Of a stretch of 64,000 nucleotides of DNA, positions 42,901 through 54,600 are shown in pieces. Every line of letters starts with the position of its first letter. Positions within the stretch are counted from its first letter, which is position 1. Made by a program: the position numbers and the translations under genes. Under the pieces are notes generated by a model. It had not been told where the DNA came from. It did not search any database and saw only the letters and a list, made by a program, of their open reading frames with translations. The DNA comes from the human T2T-CHM13v2.0 reference genome, Homo sapiens, in NCBI RefSeq assembly GCF_009914755.1, contig NC_060945.1. The stretch is one strand, 5' to 3'.

Positions 42901-45900
42901 CCACTCCATTCCACTCCACTCCATTCCATTCAATTCCATTTCACCCCACTGCATTCCAATCCATTCTACTCCACTGCACTCTGCTTCACCGCATTCCATT
43001 CGAATCCATTTGTTTCCATTTGATTTCATTCCACTTGATTCCATTCCATTCGATTCCATTCCATTCATACCCATTCCATTTGATTCCGTTCCATTCCATT
43101 GGAGTCCATTTCATTCAATTCCATTCCATTCCTTTCCATTCCATTCCATTCCATTCCATTAGATTCCATTCTATTCTATTCTATTCCATTCCATTTGTTT
43201 CCATTCCATTCGACTGCATTTCTTTCGATTCCATTCCATTCGATTACATTACATTCTATTGCATTCCATAAGATTACATTCCATTTGATACCATTCTGTT
43301 CCATTCCATTGCATACCATTCCATTCCACTCGATTCCATGTTATTTGATTCCATTCATTTTGAGTCCATTCCATTGCAATCCATTTCATTCAAGTCCATT
43401 CCGTTCCACTCCATTCCATTGCAGTCCATTCCATTCGATTGCATTGCATTCGATTCCATTCCATTCGATTCCATTCCACTCGATTCCATTCCCTTCGAGT
43501 CCATTCCATTAGTGTCCATTCCATTCGAGTCCATTCCATTTGAGTCCATTCCATTCCAGGTCATTACATTTGATTCCATTCCATTCGATTCCATTCCATT
43601 CGATCCCCTTCCATTCGATTCCATACCATTCGGGCCCATTCCATTCGAGTCCAATCCATTCGATTCCATTCGATTCCATTCCATTCCATTCCATTCCATT
43701 CCATTCCATTCCATTCCATTGCTTTCCATTCGATTCCATTACATTGGAGTCTATTCCATTCCAGTTGGTTCCATTCCATTATATTCCATTATATTCCATT
43801 CGAGTCCATTCCATTCCTGTCCATTCCATTCGACTCCATTCCACTCCATTCCATTTTATTCCATTCCATTCCATTCCTTTCCATTGGAGTCCATTTGGCT
43901 GGAGTCCATTCTACCTGAATCCACTGCATTGGAGTTTATTCCACTCGTGTCCATTCCATTCTAGTCCATTTGACTGGAGTCTATTCCACTCGAGTCCCTT
44001 CCACTCGAGTCCATTCCATTTCTATCCATTCCATTCCTTCCCATTTCATTCAATTCCGTTCCATTCGAGTCCATTCCATTCCTGTCCAATCCATTCAAGT
44101 CCATTCCATTCCATTCCATTCCTTTCCCTATGATTCCGTTCAATTCAAGTCCATTCCCTTCGAGTCCATTCCATTCCTTTCCATTCCATTCCATTCCATT
44201 GGAGTCCATGCGGCTCGAGTCCATTCGGCCCGCATCAATTGCATTCGAGTCCTTTCCACTCGTGTCCATTCCATTCTAGTCCATTTGACTCGTGTCCATT
44301 CCACACGAGTCCATTCCATTCGAGTCCATTCCTCCCGAGTCCATTCCATTTCACTCCATTCCATTCTATTCCATTTCATTCTATTCCATTCCATTCGATT
44401 CCATTCCATTCGAGTCCATTCCATTCCTGTCCAATCCATTCAAGTCCATTCCATTCCATTGCTTTCCATTTGATTCCATTTGATTCGAGTCCATTCCCTT
44501 CGAGTCCATTCCGTTCCAGTACATTCCATTCAAGTTCATTCCACTCCACCGCATTTCAATCCATTCCTTTCCTTTTCAGTCCATTTGATTCAATTCCACT
44601 CTACTCCACTCCATTCCTTTCCATTCCATTCCATTCCATTGAACTGCAATCCAATCCACTCCACTCAACTCCACACTACTCCACTCAACTCCTTTCCCTT
44701 CTGTTCCATTCCATTCCATTCAATTCCATTCCATTCCATTCCACTCCATTCCACTGCACTCCATTGCATTTCACTCCATTATACTCCATTCCACTCCATT
44801 CCACTCCACTCCACTCCACTCCATTCCATTCCACTGCACTCCGGTCCACTCCACTCAACTCCACTCCACTCCACTCAACCTCCACTCCATTCTATTCTGT
44901 TCCCTTCCATTCTGTACCATTCCATTCCATTCCACTCCACTCCATTCCACTCCACTCCATTCCACAACATTCCACTCCATTCCACTGCACTCCACTCCAC
45001 TGCACTCCATTCCATTCCACTCAACTGCACTCCATTCCATTCCACTGCATTCCATTCCGTTGCATTCCACTCCATTCCAATGCACTCCATTCCACCCCAC
45101 TCCACTCCATTATACTCCATTCCAATTCATTCCATTAATTTCCATTGCCTTCTACTCCATTCCATTTCATTCACTTCCACTCCATTCCTCTCCACTCCAT
45201 TCCACTCCTTTCTGTTACTGTCCACTCCACTCCATTCCACTCCTTTCCTTTCTGTTCCATTCCACTCCACTCCATTCAATTCCACTCTACTCCATTCCAT
45301 TCCATTCCTTTATTTCAATTGGCTGTAACTCTGTCTCCCAGACTGTAGTGCAGTGACACAATCTTAGCTCTCATTTCCTTTCACCACTGTGTTCCATTCC
45401 ATTCCATTCCACTCCACTCCACTCCATTCCACTCCACTCTATTCCATTTCATTCCATTCCATTCCATTCCATTGCACTCTCATCCACTCAACTCAACTCC
45501 TCTGCACTCCACTCCACTCCATTCCGTTCCATTCCACTCCTTTCCATTACATTCCATTCCTTTCCATTCCATTCCTTTCCACTCCACTTCATTTCAATCC
45601 ACTCCTTTCCATTAAATTCCTCCCTACTCCACTCCTCTCCACTCCATTCCATTCCATTCGACTGCACTCTGATCCACTCCACTCAACTCCACTCCACTCA
45701 ACTGCACTCCACCCCACTCCACTCCATTCCACTCCACTCCACTCCATTCTGCTCCTCTCCATGCCATTCCACTCCACTCCATTCCATTCCACTCCGCTCC
45801 ACTCCATTTCATTCCACTCCAGTCCTTTACATTACACTCCACTCCATTCCATTCCATTCCAGTCCACTCCACTCCACTCCATTCCACTCCACTCCATTCC

Positions 45901-46713
45901 ATTCCATTCGACTGCACTCTGATCCACTCCACTCAACTCCACTCTTCTGTTCTCCATTCCGTTCCATTCTGTCGCATTCCATTCCTTTCCATTGTATTCC
46001 ATCCCACTCTAATCCATGCCATTCCACTCCTTTCCTCTCCTCTTCACTCCACTCCAATCCACTCCACTCCATTCCATTCCATTTCATTCTATTCCACTGC
46101 ATTCTGATACACTACTCTCAACTCCACTGCACTCCAGTGCACTCCATTCCACTCCTTTCCATTCCTTTCCATTCAGTTCCGTTCCATTCCATTCCATTCC
46201 CCTCCACTGCATTCCACTCCACTCCATTTCACTCCATTCCACTCCCTTCCACTCTTCTTCACTCCACTCCACTCCAGTCTATTCCACTCTAATCCATTCC
46301 TTTCCACTCCACTCCAGTCCATTCCACTCTAATCCATTCCTTTCCACTCCACTCCACTCCATTCCATTCCACTCTATTCCATTCCTTTCCACTCTATTCC
46401 ATTCCATTCCATTCAATTGCACTCCATTCAACTCCACTCCACTCCACTCTCCAATTCACTCTACTCCACTCCACTTTAATCCACTCCTTTCCACTCCACT
46501 CCATTCCAGTCCACTCTATTCCATTTGACTCCACTCCTCTCCACTCCACTCCATTCCATCCCATTCCTTTCAAATCCCCTCCATTCCGTTGCACTCCTCT
46601 CCACTCCACTCCACTCCAATTGTCACCACTCCACTCTACTCCTTTCCATTCCACTCCACTCAATTCCATTCCCTTCCATTCTGTTCCATTCCGTTTCATT
46701 CCACTGCACTCTG
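31000..46713 (+). repeat. HSat3 sub-domain B: CACTC-enriched blocks alternating with CATTC blocks
   Basis: Runs of CCACTCCACT appear from ~31070 and dominate 44600-46700. The domain-A landmarks are lost and a CTTCACC(G/A)CA-like landmark appears. Confidence 0.85.
45329..45370 (-). mobile_element. Short degenerate Alu right-arm 3' fragment embedded in HSat3
   Basis: CTCTGTCTCCCAGACTGTAGTGCAGTGACACAATCTTAGCTC matches the antisense Alu consensus CTCTGTCGCCCAGGCTGGAGTGCAGTGGCGCGATCTCGGCTC at 34/42 positions, with several differences at CpGs. A T-rich stretch precedes it (45305-45320). Confidence 0.8.
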
Positions 46714-47488
46714 ATCTTCACATAAAAACTAGACAGAAGATTTCTGAGAAACTTTTTTGTGATATGTGCATTCACCTCACAGAGTTTAACCATTCTTTTG
46801 ATTGAGCAGTTTGGTAAAAGTCTTGTTGTAGAATCTACAAAAGGATATTTGTGAGCACTTTGAAGCCTGAGGTGAAAAAGTAAATATCTTCACAGCAAAA
46901 CTAGAAAGATGGTGTCTGAGAAAGTGCTCTGTGATGTTTGAATTCATCTCACAGACTTCAACTTTTATATTGATTTAGCATATTGGAAACAGTCTTTTTG
47001 TAGAATCTCCAAAGGGATATTTTTGTACACTTGGAGGCCAATAGTGAGAAAGGAAATATCTTCACATGAATACTAGACAGAAGCTTTCTGAGAACTTCTG
47101 TTTTATGTGTGCATTCCTCTCAAACAGTTGAACCATTCTTTTGATTGAGCAGTTTGGAAACAGTCTTTTTGTAGAATCAGCAAAGGGATATTGTGAGCGC
47201 TTTGAGTCCTACGGGGAAAAAGGAAATATTTTCACATAAAAACTCTACAGAAGGTTTCTGAGAAACTGCTTTGTAATGTGTGCATTCATCTCACAGAGGT
47301 AAATGTTTCTTTTCATTGAGTAGATGGGAAACTCTTTTCTTGTAGAATCTGCAAAGGGATATTTGTGAGCACTTTGAGGCTTATGGTGAAAAAGGAAATA
47401 TCTTCATATAAAATGTAGACAGAAGCTTTCTGAGGAACATATTTGTGATTTATGCATTCATCTCATAGAGTTGAACCATTCTTATTTT
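46714..47488 (+). repeat. Alpha satellite, divergent monomeric (~4.5 monomers), forward orientation
   Basis: ~171-bp period with ATCTTCACATAAAAACTAGACAGAAG..TTCTGAGAAACT..TGTGATGTGTGCATTCATCTCACAGAGTTGAAC alphoid consensus blocks. Confidence 0.97.
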
Positions 47489-47661
47489 TTTTGGAGCTCT
47501 GGGTTTATTTTTTAATTATTTACTTTTATTATTATTATACTTTAAGTTTTAGGGAACATGTGTACAACGTGCAGGTTTGTTACATATGTATACATGTGCC
47601 ATGTTTGTGTGTTGCTCCCATGAACTCATCATTTAGCATTAGGTATACCTCCTAATGCTAT

Positions 47662-47687
47662 CCCTCCCCCTCCCCCTCCTCCCACCC
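47662..47687 (-). other. L1 3'UTR polypurine (G-rich) tract, potential G-quadruplex
   Basis: The + strand reads CCCTCCCCCTCCCCCTCCTCCCACCC, giving at least 4 G-runs on the L1 sense strand at the known position of the L1 3'UTR G-tract. Confidence 0.7.
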
Positions 47688-47750
47688 AACTACAATCCCT
47701 GGTGTGTGGTGTGTGATGTTTCCCTTCCTGTGTCCATGTGTTCTCTTCGA

Positions 47751-48649
47751 TCAATTCCCAACTATGTGTGAGAACATGTGGTGTTTTATTTTTTGTCCTT
47801 GCGATAGTTCGCTGAGAATGATGGTTTCCAGCTTCATCCATGTCCCTACAAAGGACATGAACTCATCATTTTTTATGGCCACATAGTCTTCCATGATGTA
47901 TATGTGCCACATTCTCTTCATCCAGTCTACAGTGGTTGGACATTTACGTTGGTTCCAAGTCTTTGCTATTGTGAATAGTGCTGCTATAAACATACGTGTG
48001 CATGTGTCCTTATAGCAGCATGATTTATAGTCCTTTGGGTATATACCCAGTAATGGCATGGCTGGCTCAAGTGGTATTTCTAGTTCTGGATCCCTGAGGA
48101 ATCGCCATGCCGACTTCCACAATGGTTGAACTAGTTTACAGTCCCACCAACAGTGCAAAAGTGTTCCTATTTCTCACATCCTCTCCAGCACCTGTTGTTT
48201 CCTGACTTTTTAATGATCGCCATTCTAACTGGTGTGAGATGGTATCTCATTGTGGTTTTGACTTGCATTTCTCTGATGGCCAGTGAAGATGAGCATTTTT
48301 TCATTGTTCATTGGCAGCATAAATGTCTTCTTTTGAGAAATGTCTGTTCATATCCTTTGCCCACTTTTTGATGGGGTTGTTTGGTTTTTTTCCTGTAAAT
48401 TTGTCTGAGTTCATTGTAGATTCTGGATATTAACCCTGTGTCAGATGAGTAGGTTGCAAAATTTTTCTCCCATTCTATAGGATTCCTGTTCACTCTGATG
48501 GTGTTTTCTTTAGCTGGGCAGAACCTCCTTAGTTTAATGAGATCCCATTTGTCAATTGTGACTTTTGTTGCCATTGCTTTAGGTGTTTTAGACATGAAGA
48601 TCTTGCCCATGCCTATGTCCAGAATGCTATGGCCTAGGTTTTCTTCTAG
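47751..48649 (-). pseudogene. L1 ORF2p C-terminal remnant, frameshifted and non-functional
   Basis: ORF 48308-48610 ([27 protein letters not shown]...) and ORF 47751-48158 ([14 protein letters not shown]...LLGIYPKDYKSCCYKDTCTRMFIAALFTIAKTWNQ...WMKLETIILS...HMFS..GN*) match the ORF2p C-terminus. They lie in different frames, and the EN and RT domains are missing. Confidence 0.92.
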
Positions 48650-48666
48650 AAATTTTATGTGATGCG

Positions 48667-51600
48667 TTATTTTGATTAATGAGTTTGGATACTATGTTGT
48701 TGTAGAATCTGCAAGGAGATATTTGTGAGCGCTTTGAGGCCTTTGGTGAAAAAGGAAATACCTTCACATAATAAATAGACAGAAGTTCTCTGAGAAACCT
48801 CCCTGTCATGTGTGCATTCATCTCACATAGTTGAAACAGTCTTTTGACTGAACAGCTTGAAAACTGTCAATTTGTAGAATCTGCAATGGGATATTTGTGA
48901 GCCCTTTGAGGCCTATGGTGAGAAAGGAAATATCTTCAATAAAAACTATAAAGAATGTTTCTGAGAAGCTGTTTTGCAAGGTTTGCCCTCATCTCAGAGA
49001 GATAAAAGTATCTATTCTTTGATGAGTCTGGAAACTCTGTTCTTGTAAAATCTGCAAAGGGATATTTGTGAGTGGCTTGAGGCCTACGGTAAAAAAGGAA
49101 ATGTCTTCACATAAAAACTACACAGAAGATTTCAGAGAAACTTCTTTGTGATATATGCATTCATCTCACAGAGTTGAACCATTCTTTTGATTGAGAAGTT
49201 TGGAAACAGTCTTTTCAGAGAATCTGCAAAAGGATATTTTGAGCGCTTTGTTACGTATGGTGAAAAGGGAAATATCTTCACATAAAAAGTGGACAGAAGC
49301 TTTTGGAGAAACTTCTTTGTGATGTGTGCATTCATCTCACAGATTTGAACCTTTCTTTTGATTGAGCAGTTTGAAAAGAGTCCTTTTCTAGAATCTGCAG
49401 AGGGATATTTGTGAGCCCTTTATGGCCTAAGGAGAAATAGGAAATATCTTCACATAAAAACTAGACAGAAGCATTCTGAGAAACTTCTTGGTGACATGTG
49501 CATTTATAACACAGAGTTGATCCCTTCTTTTGATTAAACAGTTTGGTAACAGTCTTTTTGTAGTATCTGTAGAGGGATGTTTGTGAGCAGTTTGAGGCCT
49601 ATGGTGAACAAAGAAATATCTTCACATAAAAACTAGACAGAAGCTTTCTGAGAAACTTCTTTGTGATGTGTGAATTAATCTCAGAGTGTTGAACCTTTCT
49701 TTGGATGGAGCAGTTTGTAAACAATCTTTTTGTAGAATCTGCAAAGGTATATCTCTGAGCCCATTGAGGCCTATGGTGAAATATGAAATATCTTCCCATA
49801 AAAACTAGACAGAAGGTTTCTAAGAAACTTCTTTGTGATGTGTGCTTCCATCTCACAGAGTTGAACCTTTCTTTTGATTGAGCAGTTTGGAAACCACCTT
49901 TTTGTAGAATCTGCAAATGGATATTTAGAGCGCTTTGAGGCCTATGGTAAAAAAGGAAATATCATTACATAAAAATTCGACGGAAGCATTCTGAGAAACT
50001 TCTTTGTGAGGTTTTCATTCATCTCACACAGATGAACATTTATTTGATTGAAGATTTGACAACAGTATTTTTGTAAAATCTACAAAGGGATAATTGTGAA
50101 CCCTTTGAGGCCTATGGTGAAGTAGGAAATATCTTCACATAAAAACTACACAGAAACTTTCTGAGAAACTATTTTGTGATGCTTGCATTCATCTCACAAA
50201 GTTGAACCTTTCCTTTGCTAGAGCAGTTTGGAAACAGTCCTATTGTAGAATCCCCAAAGGGATATTTCTCAGCTGATTGAGGTCTTTGGTGATATAGGAA
50301 ATATCTTCACATAAAGCTAGACAGAAGCTTTCTGAGAAACTTATTTTTAATGAGTGCTTTCATCTCAAAGAGTTAAGCATTTCTTTTACTGAGCAGTTTG
50401 GAAACACTCTTTTTGCATAATCTGCAAATGGATAATTGGAGCGTTTCGAGGCCTATGGTGAAAAAGCAAATATCTTCACATAAAAACTAAACAGAAGCTT
50501 TCTGAGAAACTACTTTGTAATGCGTGCATTCATCTCACAGCGTTGAAATCTTCTTTTGATTGAACAGTTTGTAAACAGTCTTTTTGTAGAATCTACAAAT
50601 GGATATTTGGAGTGCTTTGAGGCCTATGGTAAAAAAGGAAATATCTTCACAAAAAAACTAGAAAGAAACATTCTGAGAAACTTCTTTGTGATATGTGCTT
50701 TCATCTCACAGAGATGAACCTTTCCTTTCATTGAGCAGCTTGGAAACAGACTTTTTATAGAATCTGGAAATGCATATTTGGAGCGCTTTGAGGCCTGCGG
50801 TGAAAAAGGAAATATCTTCAGATAAACACTAAACAGAATCTTTCTAAGAAACTTCTTTGTGATGCGTGCATTCATATCATAGAGCTGAAACTTTCTTTTG
50901 ATTTAGCAGTTTGTAAACAGTCTTTTGGTAGAATCTGTGAATGGCTATTTCGAGCGTGTTGAGGCCTATGGTGAAAAAGGAAATATCTTCACAAAAAAAC
51001 TACAAATATACATTCTGAGAAACTTCTTTGTGATGTGTGCTTTCACTTCACAGAGTTGAAACTTTCTTTTGATTGAGCTATTTGGAAACAGTCTTTTTGT
51101 GGAATCTGCAAATGGATATTTGGAGCACTTTGAGGCCTACGGTGAAAAAGGAAATACCTCACATGAACCCTAGACAGAAGTATTCTGAGAAACTTCTTTG
51201 TCTTGTGTCCATTCATCTCACAGAGTTGAACCTTTCTTTGGATTGAGCAGTTTGGAAACAGTCTTATTGTAGAATCTGCAAAAAATATTTTTGAGCCCTT
51301 TATGGCCCATGGTGAAACAGGAAATATTCTCAAAGAAAAACTAGACAGAAGCTTTCTGAGAAACTTCTTTGTGATGCGTGCTTTCAACACATGGAGTTGT
51401 ACCTTTCTTTTGATTGAGCAGTTTGGAAAGGGTCTTTTTGTGGAATCAGCAAATGGATGTTTGGAGCGCTTTGAGGCCTATGGTGAAAAAGTAAATACCT
51501 TCACATAAAAAACAGACAGAAGCATTGTGAGAAACATCTCTGTGATGTGTGCATTCATTTCATACAGTTGAATCTTTCTTTGATTGAGGAGTTTAGAAAC

Positions 51601-54600
51601 AGTCTTTTTGTGGAATCAGCAAATGGATGTTTGGAGCACTTTGAGGCTTATGGTGAAAAAGGAAATACCTTCACATAAAAAATAGACAGAAGGATTGTGA
51701 GAAACATCTATGTGATGTGTGCATTCATCTCATAGAGTTGAACCTTTCTTTGATTGAGCAGTTTGGAAACAGTCCTTTTGTAAAATCTGCAAAGGGGTAT
51801 TTCTGAGCCCATTGAAGCCTAGGGTGAAAAAGAAATGTCTTCACATAAAAATTAGATAGAAGCATTCTGATAAACTTTTTTGTGGTGTGTCCATTCATCT
51901 CGCAGAGTTGAAACTTTCTGTGGATTGAGCAGTTTGGAAACAGCCTTTTTGTAGAATTTACAAAAATATTTGTGAGCACTATATGGCCCATGGTGAAATA
52001 GGAAATACCTTCACACAAAAACTAGACAGAAGCTTTCTGAGAAACTACTTTGTGATGTTTGCTTCCGTGTCACAGGGTTGAAACTTTCTTTTGATTGAGC
52101 AGTTTGGAAACACTCTTTTTGTAGAATCTACAAATGGGTATTTGGAGTGCTTTGAGGCCTATAGTGAAAAAAGAAATATTTTCACCGAAAAACTAGATAG
52201 ATGTATTCTGCAAAACTTCTTTGTGATGTGTGCATTCATCTCATAGAGTTGAATCTTTCTTTGGATTCAGCAGTTTTCTAAACAGTCCTTTTGTAGAATC
52301 TGCAAACGGATAATTCTGAGCCCACTGAGTCCTATGCTGAAAAAGGAAATATCTTCACATAAAAACCTAAAAACTAGACAGAAGCATTCTGAGAAACCTC
52401 TTTCTGGTGTGTGCATTCATCTCACAGAGTTGAACCTTTCTTTAGTTTGAACAGTTTGGAAACAGTCTTTTTTTTGAATATGCAAATGGATATTTGTGAG
52501 CCCTTTACAGCCTATGGTGAAATAGGAAATATCTTCACATAAAAACCAGACAGTAGCATTCTGAGAAACTTCTTTGTGATGTGTGTATTCATCTCACAGA
52601 ATTGAACATTTCTTTGGATGCAGCAGTTTGGAAACAGTCTTTTTGTAGTATCTGCAGAGGGATATTCATGAGCAGTTTAAGGCCTATGGTTAAAAAGGAT
52701 ATATCTTCACAGAAAACCTCGACAGATCCATTGTGAGAAACTTCTTTTAGATGTGTGCATTCATCTCACAGAGTTGAACCTTTCTTTGGATTGAGCAGTT
52801 TTCTAAACAGACCTTTTGTAGAATCTACAAAGGGATACTTCTGAGCCCGTTGAGGCCTATGGTGAAAAAGGAAATATCTTCACATGAAATCTTAACAGAA
52901 GCTTTCTGAGAAACTTCTTTGTGATGTGTGCATTCATCTCACAGTGTTGAAACTTTCTTTTGATTGAGCAGTTTGGAAATAGTCTTTTTGTACAATCTGC
53001 AAAGGGATATTCCTGAGCCATTTGAGGCTATTGTGAGATAAATATCTTCATATAAAAACTAGACAAAAGCATTCTAAGAAACTTCTTTGTAATGTGTGCA
53101 TTCATCACACAGAGTTGAAACTTTCTTTCGATTGTGCAGTTTGGAGACAGTATTTTTGTATAATATGCAAAAGGATATTTTTGAGCCCTTTCAGGCCTAT
53201 GGTGAAATAGGGAATATCTTCACACACAAAAAAAAACTAGACAGAAGCTTTCTGAGAAAATTCTTTGTGATGTGTGCTTTCGTCTTACAGAGTTGAACTT
53301 TTCTTTTGATTGAACAGTTTGGAAACATTCTTTTTGTAGAATCTGAAGATGGATATTTGCAGCATTTCAGGCCTATGGTGAACAGGAAATGTCTTCACAT
53401 AAAAACTAGAGAGAAGCATTCTGAGAAAGTTCCTTGTGATGTGTGCATTCATGTCACAGAGTTGAAACTTTCCTTGGATTGAGCAGTTTGGAAAGAGTCC
53501 TTTTGTAGAATCTGCAAAAGGATGTTTGTGAGCACATTGGAGCCTATGGTGAAATGGGAAATGTCTTCACATAAAAACTAGACAGAAGTTTTCTGTAAAA
53601 CTTCTTTGTGCTGTGTGCTTTCACCACAAGGAGTTGAACCTCTCTTTTGATTGAGCAGTTTGGAAACACTCTTTTTGTAGAACTTGCAAACGGATATTTG
53701 TAGTGCTTTGAGGCCTATGGTGAAAAAGAAAATATCTGCATATAAAAACTAGTCGGAAACTTTCTGGGAAACTTTCTGAGAAACTTCTTTGTGATGTGTG
53801 CTTTCATCTCACAGAGTTGGATCTTGTTTTCATTGAGCAGTTTGGCAACAAGTCATTTTGTAGAATCTGAAAAGTGATATTTGTGAGTGGTTTGAGGCCT
53901 ATAGTGAAAAAGTAAATATCTTCACCTAAAACCTAGACAGAAGCATTTTGAGAAAACTCTTTGTGATGTTTGCATTCATCTCACTGAGTTGAACCTTTCT
54001 ATTCATTAAGCAGTGTGGAATCTTACTTTTTGTGCGATCTGCAAAGGAATATTTGTTTGCAGTTTGAGACCTATGGTGAAAAAGTAATATCTTCACATAA
54101 AAACTAGACAGTAGCATTCTGAGAAACTAATTTTTTTATGTGTGCATTGATCTCACAGAGTTGAACCTTTCTTTTGATGAGGCAGTTCAGAAACAGTTTT
54201 TTGTAGAATCTGAAAAGGGATATTTTTTATCTCTTTGAGGCCTAAGGTGAAATAGAAAATATCTTCACATAAAAACTAGACAGAAACTTTCTGAGAAACT
54301 TCTTTGTGATGTAGGCTTTCATCTCATAGATGTGAACCTTTATTTTGATTGAGCAGTTTGGAAAGAGTCTTTTGTAGTGTCTGAAGTGGGCTATTAGTGA
54401 GTGGACTGAGGCCTATGGTGAAAAAGGAAATGGCTTCTCAAAAAAAGTATACAGAAGCATTCTGAGAGACTTCTTTGTAATGTGCACATTCATCTTAAAG
54501 TGTTAAACATTTCTTTTGATTGAGCTTTTTGGAAACACTCTTTTTGTAGCATCTGCAAGTGTATACTTCTGAGCCCATTGAGACCTATTTTGAAATATGA

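Larger units (their letters stand above)
1..46713 (+). repeat. Human Satellite 3-type (CATTC)n / (GGAAT)n satellite array, diverged
   Basis: Continuous CATTC pentamers with variants (CATTCGAGTC, CATTCGATTC, CACTC) over 46.7 kb. The C/T-rich strand stays on + throughout. The GATGAT motif typical of HSat2/HSat3B is essentially absent, which suggests an HSat3A-like family (subfamily is an inference). Confidence 0.97.
47485..48659 (-). mobile_element. 5'-truncated LINE-1 (~1.17 kb), L1PA3-like, inserted in alpha satellite
   Basis: A T-rich tail is followed by the antisense L1 3'UTR (TTATTATACTTTAAGTTTTAGGG..ACAACGTGCAGGTTTGTTACATATGTATACATGTGCCATG) and the ORF2 3' end. L1 homology stops at 48649-48659, and alpha resumes at TTTT/GA, an L1 endonuclease-like site. 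There is a possible short TSD, TTATTTT (47482-47488 and 48667-48673). The subfamily call rests on recalled 3'UTR diagnostics. Confidence 0.93.

Noticed and set aside
1-46713. HSat2 assignment, or an HSF1 nuclear-stress-body locus
   Set aside because: The HSat2-type GATGAT-containing unit is lacking. HSF1 binding is array-specific and cannot be inferred from this sequence.
1-46725. Hundreds of ORFs up to 481 aa (SIPFH / MEWNG repeats)
   Set aside because: CATTC/GGAAT pentamers lack stop codons in all frames, so long low-complexity ORFs are expected. There is no domain content and no evidence of coding.
48153-48371. Plus-strand ORFs over the L1 (also 47452-47655 and 47704-47886)
   Set aside because: These are antisense translations of L1 sequence, a common spurious annotation.
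48650-48666. Possible alpha-templated filler at the L1 5' junction (AAATTTTATGTGATGCG)
   Set aside because: It fits degenerate L1 continuation and alphoid sequence about equally well and is too short to call.
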